64,000 nt of DNA from an uncultured Planctomycetales bacterium. Lineage in GTDB: Bacteria > Omnitrophota > Gorgyraeia > Gygaellales > Profunditerraquicolaceae. Below are positions 44,866 through 54,578 of the stretch, one piece after another (the first letter of the stretch is position 1; the number at the start of each line of letters is the position of its first letter). Position numbers and translations under genes: made by a program. Below the pieces are notes generated by a model, which did no database searches, was not told the DNA's origin, and saw only the letters and a list, made by a program, of their open reading frames with translations. Location: NCBI GenBank assembly GCA_964645795.1, contig CAZYCL010000003.1, positions 101,771 to 165,770 on the forward strand. Direction: 5' to 3'.

Positions 44866-46707
44866 ATGAACCGGCTTCTGTGTGTATTCATTTCGTTGTT
44901 ATTCATGGGCTGTAACAGCGTTTTTGCGGGTGAGGTCGAGCTTGAGAAGATCGTTGTGACCGCCTCACGGATGCTTCAGCAGGACAGTTCTGTTAACCAA
45001 AAAGTAGACGTTGTAGAAGATAGCCTCATCGAAAGCCGTCAAGCCAATAATCTTGCTAAGGCAATCGAAAGCCTGACCCCGGTCCAGGTGATCAATTACG
45101 GAGGCCTAGGGGCAAGCAAGAGCGTAAGAATGCGGGGGGCTAGCCCTTCGCAGGTCCTGGTCATGGTTGACGGCCGCCCTATCAATAATGCGCGCGACGG
45201 CCAGGCAGAGCTCAATAGCATACAACTGGACAATATCGGGCGAATTGAACTTTTGCGCGGCGCGGCCTCCAGCCTATACGGCTCATCAGCTATGGGTGGC
45301 GTGATAAACCTAATCAGCCGCCCTGTGCCTAAAAAAGGATTCCACAGCGAAATCCATAGCGGCTTCGGGACATTCAGGAGGTATAGCGAACGCCTGCTTC
45401 ATGAAGGCAGGCCAATCCCCCAAATAGGCTACAGCATAAATTATTCTTACAACCATTCGCAGGGCCACAGGAGTAATAGCGATTTTGAAGCAAATAACTT
45501 TAACGCGAAGATAAGCTGCGAACCAACCGATCAAAACAGATTCGAATTTTTGGGAGGAGCCTACAAGGATGAAGCCGGCACTCCCGGACCGGCCAGCTTC
45601 CCCGATGAAGATGACCGCCAGAAATCCAGGAAAAATTACTACGATATAATCTGGGAGTTTGATACCGACGAAAAAACGCAAGTTAAGCTGCGCACTTACC
45701 AGAACTACGACAGGCTAGAGTTCATTGAAAATACTCCGGGCGACTTATGGAGCACGCCTTTTGCCAAAGATATTCATGCTACCAGGCAAAGGGGGCTTGA
45801 TTTTACCGCCAGCCGCGCGTTCTGCGAAAATTTTAGCGCTGTGGGAGGGTTTAATTACGTTGACAACAAAAATGACAGCACGACCTCAGCAAAGCACAAG
45901 TATATCGTAAAAAGCTGGTATTTTACCGGTAAACTCAAGCCTTTGCCGGGCCTTGATCTTGATTTCGGCTCCAGGGTAGACGATTATTCTAACTTCGGCA
46001 GCCAGGTAAGCCCGAATATAGGCATAGGTTGTGATCTGAGAAAGGGTTTGAAGTTTTATGCTTTGACCAGCCGCTCCTTCAGGGCGCCCACGTTTAACGA
46101 CCTTTACTGGCCTGATGAGGGTTGGGCAAAGGGCAACCCTTCCCTGAAGCCTGAAAAAGGCATAAACGGCGAGGCAGGATTCAGGCTCGATTTAGATAAA
46201 CACATCCGGGCCAATCTTTGCTACTTCCGCAGCCGTTACAGCCAGCTTATAAACTGGGTGCCGGATGCATCCGGCTGGGTGTGGTCTCCGACGAACATAG
46301 GCAAGGCGCTTATTGACGGTATCGAATCCGACTTGTCCGTAATGCTGACCGAGGATGTCGGGCTCAGTTTTGGCTATACCTATGTCCGAGCAAAAGACAG
46401 CGATACCCGCAAGTTCCTTATTTATCAACCTAAGCATAAGGCAAAGTTCGGCCTTAAGCATAGCGATATTTACGGTTTTTCTGTCGAATTGAAAGGCGAA
46501 TTCACAGGCAAAGCCTTTCATGATTCCCAGAATGCCACATTCATTGAACGCTACTATCTTCTTGGCTTTAACATCGACAGAAAGATAAACCAACATGCGC
46601 ATTTCTACCTGTCTGTGGATAACCTGCTTAACAAGAAGTATGCAATCGTGCAGGACTATCCCATGCCAGGATTTAGCGTAAACGCGTGCCTTAAGCTTGA
46701 ATTTTAA
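44866..46707 (+). CDS. btuB: TonB-dependent outer-membrane receptor (BtuB-like cobalamin/corrinoid receptor)
   Basis: 613 aa with a signal peptide, TonB box EKIVVTASR, plug domain, 22-strand barrel region, and a C-terminal ...LKLEF ending in Phe. Preceded by a cobalamin riboswitch-like leader. Confidence 0.85.
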   Translation: MNRLLCVFISLLFMGCNSVFAGEVELEKIVVTASRMLQQDSSVNQKVDVVEDSLIESRQANNLAKAIESLTPVQVINYGGLGASKSVRMRGASPSQVLVMVDGRPINNARDGQAELNSIQLDNIGRIELLRGAASSLYGSSAMGGVINLISRPVPKKGFHSEIHSGFGTFRRYSERLLHEGRPIPQIGYSINYSYNHSQGHRSNSDFEANNFNAKISCEPTDQNRFEFLGGAYKDEAGTPGPASFPDEDDRQKSRKNYYDIIWEFDTDEKTQVKLRTYQNYDRLEFIENTPGDLWSTPFAKDIHATRQRGLDFTASRAFCENFSAVGGFNYVDNKNDSTTSAKHKYIVKSWYFTGKLKPLPGLDLDFGSRVDDYSNFGSQVSPNIGIGCDLRKGLKFYALTSRSFRAPTFNDLYWPDEGWAKGNPSLKPEKGINGEAGFRLDLDKHIRANLCYFRSRYSQLINWVPDASGWVWSPTNIGKALIDGIESDLSVMLTEDVGLSFGYTYVRAKDSDTRKFLIYQPKHKAKFGLKHSDIYGFSVELKGEFTGKAFHDSQNATFIERYYLLGFNIDRKINQHAHFYLSVDNLLNKKYAIVQDYPMPGFSVNACLKLEF

Positions 46708-46778
46708 CATGGCTTAAGCCTGAATTTTATCCTGCGGGCCCGGCCCGGACAATGAGCACAAACGTGCGGGTAAAATAA

Positions 46779-47504
46779 TTGTGGCAAAAGCAGCCGGTTT
46801 ATGTTAACTTAAACTGCATGGAATTCACCAGAAGCTTTCAGACTGCTCTTGCTATCTCCATTATAGCCCACACGACGGCGATCCTGCCATTGCCGGGCCT
46901 AAACCGCCTTTCTGAAAACAAAAAGGAAAAAACGCTCGCCGTAAAATATATAAGGCTGCCTAAAGAAAAACGTGAACAGATCCGGCTGGAGGCTAAAACC
47001 CGGGAACGGCTCCTGCCTATCCCCGAGAAGGCTGCCGTCCGGCCAAAACTTCCTGCTCCGGCGCTTACCGACAAAGAGGAGCTGTTTAAGAAGGCCGGTC
47101 CGGGCCAATCCAGGACAGCTCAGCTTAACAAGCCTGCCGTAGCCAATAGCGACGTCATCTCCATAAGGAAAAAGATATCCCTGCCTCCGGTAGACCTTGA
47201 TAAGATCGATAACCCTTCCTATATCGGCTACTACCAGCTGATCCGCGAGAAGATCAAGCGCGCCGCTTACCAGAATTATTCTCGCAGCGACTGCGGTGAC
47301 GTATATATCTCTTTCGTGATCTCTTCCGACGGCCATTTGAAAAACCTGATCCTCAGCGGCGAAAAATCCTCCTCTAACAATTATTTAAAACAAATCGCGG
47401 TTCAAAGCGTCAAAGACGCTTCGCCTTTCCCGAATTTCCCTAAAGAGCTGGATTACCCCCAGCTTTCCTTTAACGTCATCATTTCTTTTGAGATAGACGG
47501 ATAA
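46779..47504 (+). CDS. tonB: Energy transducer TonB
   Basis: 241 aa with an N-terminal TM anchor, a Pro/Lys-rich spacer (PIPEKAAVRPKLPAP) and a TonB_C domain. Possible alternative start at the Met at 46818. Confidence 0.75.
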   Translation: MWQKQPVYVNLNCMEFTRSFQTALAISIIAHTTAILPLPGLNRLSENKKEKTLAVKYIRLPKEKREQIRLEAKTRERLLPIPEKAAVRPKLPAPALTDKEELFKKAGPGQSRTAQLNKPAVANSDVISIRKKISLPPVDLDKIDNPSYIGYYQLIREKIKRAAYQNYSRSDCGDVYISFVISSDGHLKNLILSGEKSSSNNYLKQIAVQSVKDASPFPNFPKELDYPQLSFNVIISFEIDG

Positions 47505-47515
47505 GCTTAGCGAAT

Positions 47516-48208
47516 ATGATCGATGTCAGCGTAATTCTGCCCTGCCTTAATGAAGAGAGGACCGTAGGCGTTTGCATCGACAAGATCCAGCAGGCCTTCC
47601 GGGACAGCCGCATAACCGGCGAGGTGATAGTCGTAGATAATAATTCTTTTGACGGGTCTGCACAGATAGCCCTCCAAAAAGGGGTGAAGGTGCTTCATGA
47701 AGATAAACAAGGCTACGGTAACGCGTACTTAAAGGGCCTGTCGCAAGCGCAAGGGAGAACCGTTATTTTTGGAGATATCGACAACACCTATGATTTCCGT
47801 GAAATTCCGCGTCTTTTGGATGCGATGAAAAAGAACAGCTGCGGCGCGGTAAACGGAAGCCGGTTCATGGGAAGGATAGAGCCGGGGTCTATGCCCTGGC
47901 TGCATCAATATATAGGGAATCCGTTTTTCACGGGATTATTCAATATTTTATTCGGTGCCGGGTTATCCGACCTGCTAAGCGGGTTTAAGGCTGTCAGCAG
48001 AGAGCGCCTGGATACCATCCACCTCAAAGAAACGGGAATGGAATTTATCGCTGAATTGGCGATAAAGCTGATAAAATCCGGCTGCCGGATAGAAGAAGTG
48101 CCCATAACCTATTGCCCCAGGAATAAAGATTCAAAGTCGAAGTTGAATACCTTTAGAGACGGCTGGAGGTATCTTAAGTTCATATGGACGGCCCGCTGGT
48201 CAGCATAA
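47516..48208 (+). CDS. Family 2 glycosyltransferase, soluble DPM1/GtrB-like polyprenol-phosphate sugar synthase
   Basis: 230 aa with GT-A DxD motifs (VSVILPCLNEE...VVDNNSFDGS...FGDIDN). Confidence 0.75.
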   Translation: MIDVSVILPCLNEERTVGVCIDKIQQAFRDSRITGEVIVVDNNSFDGSAQIALQKGVKVLHEDKQGYGNAYLKGLSQAQGRTVIFGDIDNTYDFREIPRLLDAMKKNSCGAVNGSRFMGRIEPGSMPWLHQYIGNPFFTGLFNILFGAGLSDLLSGFKAVSRERLDTIHLKETGMEFIAELAIKLIKSGCRIEEVPITYCPRNKDSKSKLNTFRDGWRYLKFIWTARWSA

Positions 48209-49164
48209 TCATACCGGCACGCAATGAGGCGGCCAACATAGAAAGATGCCTTGGCGCCCTTAGGCGGCAGACTTACCCAAAGATAGAGATTGTCGTAATT
48301 GATAACTGCAGCACGGACAACACGGCCCTTTTGGCCCAAGGGCTGGCCCATAAGGTCGTCGATGAACGGCGCAAGGGGATCGTTCATGCCAAAAACGCCG
48401 GCATAAAGGCTTCTTCAGGAGATCTGGTGGCCACAATCGACGCCGATTGCCTGGCCCGGGAAGATTGGATCAAAGAGCTGCTGCCATGTTTTGAAGATGC
48501 CGGTGTTGCTGGCGCCGGCGGACCCAATATTGCCCATGAAAATTCCGGGGCTATCCAGGGCTACATCGATGCTTTAATGCTTTTGCTATGCAAATGGATA
48601 GGCTCAAGATATGTAACGCAGGACACCCTGCGCAGGGACGTTACTCATATACCCGGCTGCAACGCTATATACAGAAGGACAGTATTGGATAAACTTGGCG
48701 GTTTTGACCCCAGGCTCCTTACCGTTGAAGACGAAGAGCTTGACTACCGCATCCTTGCGGCTGGCCACCGGATCATCTACGTTCCTTCTGCCGTGGTCTT
48801 CCACCGGCGCAGGGGCGACTGTCTAAGTTTTGCCCGCCAGATTTACAGGTATGCTATCGGCAGGATGCAGTTTATCAGGCTCCACCGGCTCTACCTTAAG
48901 CAGTTCCCCAGAATCCTGCCCTCTATTTTACTGATGTCAGCCGCCCTGCTTGTTATCGCAGGTTTTTTCGTCCCGGGGCTTTCAAGGCCGCTTGAGTTTT
49001 TAGCGTTTTCTTGCACGGCCTCACTTGCGGCGGCGTCTTTATATTTATGCTTCACAAGCCGAAAGGCTAACCCATTTATTTTTATGCTTTTGTTTGCGGT
49101 TGCTTTTTTCGCCTGGGGATCGGGCATGATCAGGGGATTGGCGTATCCGTACGAGGAATCTTAG
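48184..49164 (+). CDS. Family 2 glycosyltransferase with C-terminal TM helices (GtrB-like)
   Basis: 326 aa with GT-A motifs (VSIIIPARNEA...VIDNCSTDNT...TIDADC) and two or three C-terminal TM segments. Confidence 0.75.
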   Translation: MDGPLVSIIIPARNEAANIERCLGALRRQTYPKIEIVVIDNCSTDNTALLAQGLAHKVVDERRKGIVHAKNAGIKASSGDLVATIDADCLAREDWIKELLPCFEDAGVAGAGGPNIAHENSGAIQGYIDALMLLLCKWIGSRYVTQDTLRRDVTHIPGCNAIYRRTVLDKLGGFDPRLLTVEDEELDYRILAAGHRIIYVPSAVVFHRRRGDCLSFARQIYRYAIGRMQFIRLHRLYLKQFPRILPSILLMSAALLVIAGFFVPGLSRPLEFLAFSCTASLAAASLYLCFTSRKANPFIFMLLFAVAFFAWGSGMIRGLAYPYEES

Positions 49165-49165
49165 G

Positions 49166-50296
49166 ATGAGGTTCATAAACCAATTTGATACTATATTGCG
49201 CTACATCGCCGGTGTGCCTAAAGCCGGCTTGCCTCAACAGGTCTATTGGGTAATAAATGAAGAGTGCAATCTCAAATGCCGGTTCTGCAATTTTTGGAAA
49301 GGTATTTACCGCGAGGATGGCCGCAGGCCTCTTTCAACGGCCAACATAAAATCGATAATTGATAAAGCTTCGCGAGCCGGCATACCCTACCTGCTTTTCA
49401 CCGGAGGCGAGCCTTTCCTGAGGCCCGATCTGCCTGAAATACTGGAATATGCCGCAAAAAGGATGCCTTGCGTGCGGGTCCAGACTAACGGGACCCTGCT
49501 GACAGACGCGAAACTCCAAGCCATCGTAAATAGAAGATCCCTGGATGAGCTATGGATTTCCGTCGACGGTATCGGGTCTACGCACGATAGGTTCCGCGGA
49601 TGCGAGGGCATCTTCGAAAAAGTCATTGGCGCCCTGAAATCGATCGACCTTTTGAAAAAGAAGCATTCTGCCAGGCTGCCGTATATAGTAGTGCATACCG
49701 TGGTCAACAAAGAATGCATGGAAGAACTGCCGCAAATACTCAAAATCTGCGATGATTACAATGTCAATGAATGGTTCCTCAGCTATTTGACCGATGTCAG
49801 TGAATCGGCGGTCGCTGCTACAAACGGGATTTTAAAACGAGACTGCGTTTATTCCGGGCAGATGCAGCAGGGAGGGGACCAGGCTACCGGCGATCTGCGG
49901 ATTTCCGATGATATGCTCAAATCGATAAGAGAAGCCAGAAAAAAAGGCCTGGTCGTCTACATTGACCCGTTCCTGCTGGACGGATACGGCCGGCGCCCCA
50001 GAGAGAAATGCCTCCTGCTATGGTCGAGCATGATGGTTTCTCCTTACGGCGAGCTTCTGGTCTGCCCGATGCTTGACAAATGCCGCATGGGGAATCTCCT
50101 GGAAAACGAAATACCGGTAATCTGGAACAGCAAGGAATTCATCGAAATAAGGAAAAAGGTCATTTCCAGGGACGTGCCTCTATGCGAAGAATGCTGCGTG
50201 CAGCGCAGGACCATATGGTCTCAGTTTAAGGATCCGGCTAATTTCAGCCGTATTTTAATCCCAAGAGGCGTGCGCCAACGCCTTTACCGAAGATAA
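49166..50296 (+). CDS. Radical SAM enzyme with a SPASM/twitch auxiliary Fe-S domain
   Basis: 376 aa with CNLKCRFCNFW (CxxxCxxC) and a C-terminal Cys-rich SPASM-like region (CLLLWS...LLVCPMLDKCRMGNL...CEECCV). Confidence 0.8.
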   Translation: MRFINQFDTILRYIAGVPKAGLPQQVYWVINEECNLKCRFCNFWKGIYREDGRRPLSTANIKSIIDKASRAGIPYLLFTGGEPFLRPDLPEILEYAAKRMPCVRVQTNGTLLTDAKLQAIVNRRSLDELWISVDGIGSTHDRFRGCEGIFEKVIGALKSIDLLKKKHSARLPYIVVHTVVNKECMEELPQILKICDDYNVNEWFLSYLTDVSESAVAATNGILKRDCVYSGQMQQGGDQATGDLRISDDMLKSIREARKKGLVVYIDPFLLDGYGRRPREKCLLLWSSMMVSPYGELLVCPMLDKCRMGNLLENEIPVIWNSKEFIEIRKKVISRDVPLCEECCVQRRTIWSQFKDPANFSRILIPRGVRQRLYRR

Positions 50297-50316
50297 CCGG
50301 GCCATTTGATAGAGAA

Positions 50317-51735
50317 ATGAAAATACTTCTTCTAAGCCCTCCTTTCGTAAAAGGATTCGCCCGCAACGGCAGATGCGATTATGTCACCTGGTCGGGTACC
50401 CAGTGGTATCCGATATGGTTGGGGTATTGCGGAGGGTTGCTTGAGAAAAATAACCACAAGGTAAAACTTATCGATGCGCCGGCAATGAGGATCGGCTTTA
50501 AAGAAACACTGAGAGCCGTAAAAGAGTTCAAGCCCGATCTTGTGACGGTTTACAGTTCAACCCGCAGCCAGAAAAGCGACATCGATTTCTTAAAGGAAAT
50601 CAGGTCGCGCTTTTTTGGGCGCATAATTCTTGCCGGGCCTTATGTATCGGGAATAGAGGAAGAGCTCTTAAAATCAAACAACAGCATAGACGGGGTTGTC
50701 AGAGGAGAATTTGAATATCCGCTCCTTAAGATGGCCGGCGGTTCGCGCGAATCCGAAATCGATAACCTCATTTGGAGAAAAGGCTGCGAGGTATTCTCCA
50801 ATCCCATGCGGGGGCCGCTTACCGGCAGTGAACTGGATAGCCTTCCTTTTGTTACCGATTTCTATGCGCGCCACCTTGACCTAAGAAATTATCACGTACC
50901 TTCGGAGCTTTTCCCATTTCTGGACCTGTTTACCGGAAGGGGCTGCGCATGGGGAAGGTGCATTTTTTGCCTCTGGCCGCACGCATTTATAAAAGGCCCG
51001 GCCTATGCCACCCGCAGCATCAATAATGTTATGGAGGAGTTGGATTTTGTGGCCAGAAAGCTTTCGTCTATACGGCAAGTATTTTTCCAGGACGACACTT
51101 TGCCGGCGCACAGAGCTACGGAGCTATCAGAAGCGATCCTAAAGCGGCGGATAAAGCTGACCTGGGGATGTTATGTCAGGGCGGATACGAGCTATGAAAC
51201 CCTAAGGCTTATGAAAAAGGCGGGTTGCCGCACGCTGCATGTCGGCTATGAGAGCGGGGTTCAGGCTTTGCTTGATACCATTAATAAAGGAATTACCCTG
51301 CAACAGATGCATGAATTCAGCAAGAATTCCCGTAAGGCCGGCTTGAGGGTGCACGGTGACTTCCTCTTTGGCCTTCCCGGAGAAACCAGGGACTCCCTGC
51401 GCACGACCATAAATTGGGCGATCAACCTTGATCCGGAGACAGCCCAATTCCTTAAAATAAATTTATACGGTTCAACGCCTGTCTATGGAATGCTTGAAAG
51501 CGCAAGTTTTCATAAAAAAGGAGTTTACGAACGGGCCGCGGTCACGGACAAAGAGATTGACGATTTCATCAGGCAGGCATACCGAAAATTCTATTTAAGG
51601 CGGGGTTTCATGAAAAGATTATGCCTGTACCCATTCGAATATTGTTTCAGGCAGATCCCCGCAGTAGAACAAATGATAAAAAGAATGCTTTTTGGCCCTG
51701 ACCGGCCATATTCGCAAGCAGCGGATCAGAGATGA
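50317..51735 (+). CDS. Cobalamin-binding radical SAM enzyme (class B, B12-binding domain + rSAM)
   Basis: 472 aa with an N-terminal B12-binding Rossmann-like domain (MKILLLSPPF...), then GRGCAWGRCIFCLWP. Confidence 0.8.
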   Translation: MKILLLSPPFVKGFARNGRCDYVTWSGTQWYPIWLGYCGGLLEKNNHKVKLIDAPAMRIGFKETLRAVKEFKPDLVTVYSSTRSQKSDIDFLKEIRSRFFGRIILAGPYVSGIEEELLKSNNSIDGVVRGEFEYPLLKMAGGSRESEIDNLIWRKGCEVFSNPMRGPLTGSELDSLPFVTDFYARHLDLRNYHVPSELFPFLDLFTGRGCAWGRCIFCLWPHAFIKGPAYATRSINNVMEELDFVARKLSSIRQVFFQDDTLPAHRATELSEAILKRRIKLTWGCYVRADTSYETLRLMKKAGCRTLHVGYESGVQALLDTINKGITLQQMHEFSKNSRKAGLRVHGDFLFGLPGETRDSLRTTINWAINLDPETAQFLKINLYGSTPVYGMLESASFHKKGVYERAAVTDKEIDDFIRQAYRKFYLRRGFMKRLCLYPFEYCFRQIPAVEQMIKRMLFGPDRPYSQAADQR

Positions 51736-54578
51736 AAACAAGAACGGTTATATTGATAGGTTTGGCCGCACTATGCTCCCAATTGCTGGTAAACCAACAT
51801 ATCATGGGCAATTCCAGGCTGCTTAGGCCTAGTGACCAGGAGCAGAGGATGCTGGAGAGCATCGAAGTTTTTAAAAACTTATCGGAAGGGAATCTGGTCG
51901 CCTGCCTCAAGCAGGCAACGAGTTTCAATCTGCAAGGCCCGGCCCATCCCAAGTTGTTTTCTTTTGTCCAGGGAGTATTCTTATTCCTGATTAGCAGACC
52001 GGGTCATTGCGATTATGAACTTATGATCCTGACCACCAATATGTTCTACCTTTTGTTACTTTTTATCGCTGTGTTCGGCATAGGCGCCATGCTGGCCGAC
52101 AGAAAAACCGGCCTATTTGCCGCGGTAACGGTCCTATTCTCACCCGTAGTCTTTAGCTTCTCGCGGGCAAGCATGCTGGACCTTTCCCTTGCCGCGATGG
52201 TCGCGTTAACGTTCTTTTGCCTTCTTAGGACCAGGCAGTTTGAATCACTTATATTTACCATCCTGACCGCCCTGATGTTCTTCTTCTCGCAGCTGACCAA
52301 AGAGACCGCCTGGATTTTTGTCTTTCCGGTATTAGCGTATTACACGCTAAACTCCCTTACCCAAAGAAAACGCCTTGCGGCGCGCCTGCCTAATCTACTC
52401 TTGTTTGCGGCAGTTTTCTCTCTGCTGTTAGCAGGCATTTTCTTTACCAACCGCTTTGCGGCCGGAGCCCTGCGCAGCTATTATAATGTTTTTTACTATA
52501 ACTGCTGTCACTATGACCTGTTTTATGCTGACGCGCTTCTGAGGGCATATCTTGGGGTTGCCCTCTCAATATGCGTTATCCCATTATTGCGGAGATTGCC
52601 TTCCTGTTTGCGTAAAACAGGGCCTTTGCTTTTATTATGGGCGATAGTCCCTTTCCTGGTATTTTCCGTCCTATCTTTCAAAGCCGCCCGTTATCTTATG
52701 CCTATAGTGCCGGCGCTCTTTTTAACGGTAGCCATTTTGGTCTTCAGCATCAATAACAGCTATTACAGGCGCATTTATGTATGTTTACTGGCCCTTGTAA
52801 TAGCAGCTCAATACATAGGCCTTAATTTTTTCAACAAGCAGTGTTATCTGGACGAAGGGATATACTGCGCTACTGAAGACGAAAATTATTACTGGTCCGG
52901 CAAGCTGATCGAAATCTTTCGCGAAGAGCGGCCCCTTGACCCCGAAATAAACTGGCGGATCTTGGTTATATTTGACCTGGGGGCCCACGCGCCTCTATAC
53001 AGGGAGGTTGCCCTCAAGAGGATGCCGTTTGAAATATCTGTCCCGGCCGAAGACGAAGAGTATACAAAATTCCATAATTTTGAATTCTCCGATTGCGAGA
53101 ATTTGATACTCTGCGCGGATTATATCGTAGATAAAACAGGGGTTTTATCAAGCTCGCCATTTCATGCCGTCCTCGCCGGCTGCCTACAGGAGGCGTTTAA
53201 TAAAAATAAGTCGGTTTTCACTGAAATATCCTCTTTTGGCCTTGATAATGGGGACCGTGTTTTTATCTATAAAAAGGACATGCAAAAAGCCCTGGAATAT
53301 TTTACCGCGACCTTAAAGCTTGCGCCCGAATATCTGATAGCCTATGAAAGATTGGGTTGGATCCATAGAAGGCTGGGCGAATCATGCGAAAGCAGGTCTC
53401 TTGCCGATGAAGCCCGTGCTCACTTCAACAAATCGCTTCAGCTCTACCCCGCTAATCCGCAGGCATACCTGAGACTTGCCCAGAATTTGCTTAAAAACAA
53501 AAAGTTTGATGCGGCGATCGATAGTTTCAATAAGGCCCTGGCGTTAAAACCCGACTGCGCGGAGGCCTATAATGGGCTGGGCTGGGCATGCAGAGAAATG
53601 GGGCGGCTGGGTCAAGCCGAGGATTATTTTGATAAAGCCTTAAAGATCAAATCCGATTTCACGGCTGCGTTGATCGGGCTTGGATGGATATATCACTTGA
53701 AAGGCTGCCTTCCGGAGGCAGAGAAGTGTTTTTACAGGTCCATTGGCCTCGATCGCCAAGACAGAGAGGCTTATATCGGCCTGGGATGGAATTACCATAA
53801 AATGGGCAACTTCCCTAAGGCTGAGGAGGCTTTTAAGAAGGCGCTTGAACTCAGTCCTGACTACGCCGAAGCCTACAAGGGCCTGGCCTGGACCTATCGC
53901 AGCCAGGGCAAGCTCAAGGAAGCGGGGGAGTGCATCGATAAGTGGTTGAAGACCCATCCAGGTTCGTCAGAAGCCTATTGTATTTTAGGATGGTCTCGCC
54001 ATGTGGAAAACAAGCTCTCTGAAGCCGAAAGACTCTTTCAAAAAGCCATACAGCTTGATTCCAAGAACCGCGAAGGCTATATCGGCCTGGGATGGAATTA
54101 CCATAAAATGGGCAACTTCCCTAAGGCTGAGGAGGCTTTTAAGAAGGCGCTTGAACTCAGTCCTGACTACGCCGAAGCCTACAAGGGCCTGGCCTGGACC
54201 TATCGCAGCCAGGGCAAGCTCAAGGAAGCGGGGGAGTGCATCGATAAGTGGTTGAAGACCCATCCAGGTTCGTCAGAAGCCTATTGTATTTTAGGATGGT
54301 CTCGCCATGTGGAAAACAAGCTCTCTGAAGCCGAAAGACTCTTTCAAAAAGCCATACAGCTTGATTCCAAGAACCGCGAAGGCTATATCGGCCTGGGATG
54401 GAATTACCATAAAAGCGGTAAATTCAATGAAGCGCAGAAGGCCTTTAAACAGGCCCTGGCCCTTAGCCCCGGCTATGCCGAGGCATATAAAGGCCTGGCC
54501 TGGACCTATCGCAGCCAGGGCAAGCTCAAGGAAGCGGCACAATATTTAGAAAAGGCCGGTAAAAAAGTCGATAAATGA
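51732..54578 (+). CDS. Polytopic GT-C-type (PMT/ArnT-like) membrane glycosyltransferase fused to a C-terminal TPR array
   Basis: 948 aa. The N-terminal ~480 aa have ~11 TM helices with GT39/ArnT-like loops. The C-terminal ~450 aa are TPR repeats (GLGW.YH..G.F..A...F.KAL.L.PD.AEAY). Confidence 0.65.
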   Translation: MKTRTVILIGLAALCSQLLVNQHIMGNSRLLRPSDQEQRMLESIEVFKNLSEGNLVACLKQATSFNLQGPAHPKLFSFVQGVFLFLISRPGHCDYELMILTTNMFYLLLLFIAVFGIGAMLADRKTGLFAAVTVLFSPVVFSFSRASMLDLSLAAMVALTFFCLLRTRQFESLIFTILTALMFFFSQLTKETAWIFVFPVLAYYTLNSLTQRKRLAARLPNLLLFAAVFSLLLAGIFFTNRFAAGALRSYYNVFYYNCCHYDLFYADALLRAYLGVALSICVIPLLRRLPSCLRKTGPLLLLWAIVPFLVFSVLSFKAARYLMPIVPALFLTVAILVFSINNSYYRRIYVCLLALVIAAQYIGLNFFNKQCYLDEGIYCATEDENYYWSGKLIEIFREERPLDPEINWRILVIFDLGAHAPLYREVALKRMPFEISVPAEDEEYTKFHNFEFSDCENLILCADYIVDKTGVLSSSPFHAVLAGCLQEAFNKNKSVFTEISSFGLDNGDRVFIYKKDMQKALEYFTATLKLAPEYLIAYERLGWIHRRLGESCESRSLADEARAHFNKSLQLYPANPQAYLRLAQNLLKNKKFDAAIDSFNKALALKPDCAEAYNGLGWACREMGRLGQAEDYFDKALKIKSDFTAALIGLGWIYHLKGCLPEAEKCFYRSIGLDRQDREAYIGLGWNYHKMGNFPKAEEAFKKALELSPDYAEAYKGLAWTYRSQGKLKEAGECIDKWLKTHPGSSEAYCILGWSRHVENKLSEAERLFQKAIQLDSKNREGYIGLGWNYHKMGNFPKAEEAFKKALELSPDYAEAYKGLAWTYRSQGKLKEAGECIDKWLKTHPGSSEAYCILGWSRHVENKLSEAERLFQKAIQLDSKNREGYIGLGWNYHKSGKFNEAQKAFKQALALSPGYAEAYKGLAWTYRSQGKLKEAAQYLEKAGKKVDK
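53772..54414. repeat. Perfect 306-bp tandem duplication (about 2.1 copies) inside the TPR-coding region
   Basis: 53772-54108 is nucleotide-identical to 54078-54414 (period 306 bp = 102 aa = three TPRs). This produces the identical shadow ORFs in the minus-strand track (53640-53957, 53985-54263, 54291-54542). Confidence 0.9.

Noticed and set aside
53640-54542. Three near-identical minus-strand ORFs (53640-53957, 53985-54263, 54291-54542) with identical peptides.
   Set aside because: They are antisense reading frames through the perfect 306-bp tandem DNA repeat inside the TPR gene. The identity reflects the DNA duplication, not a gene family.
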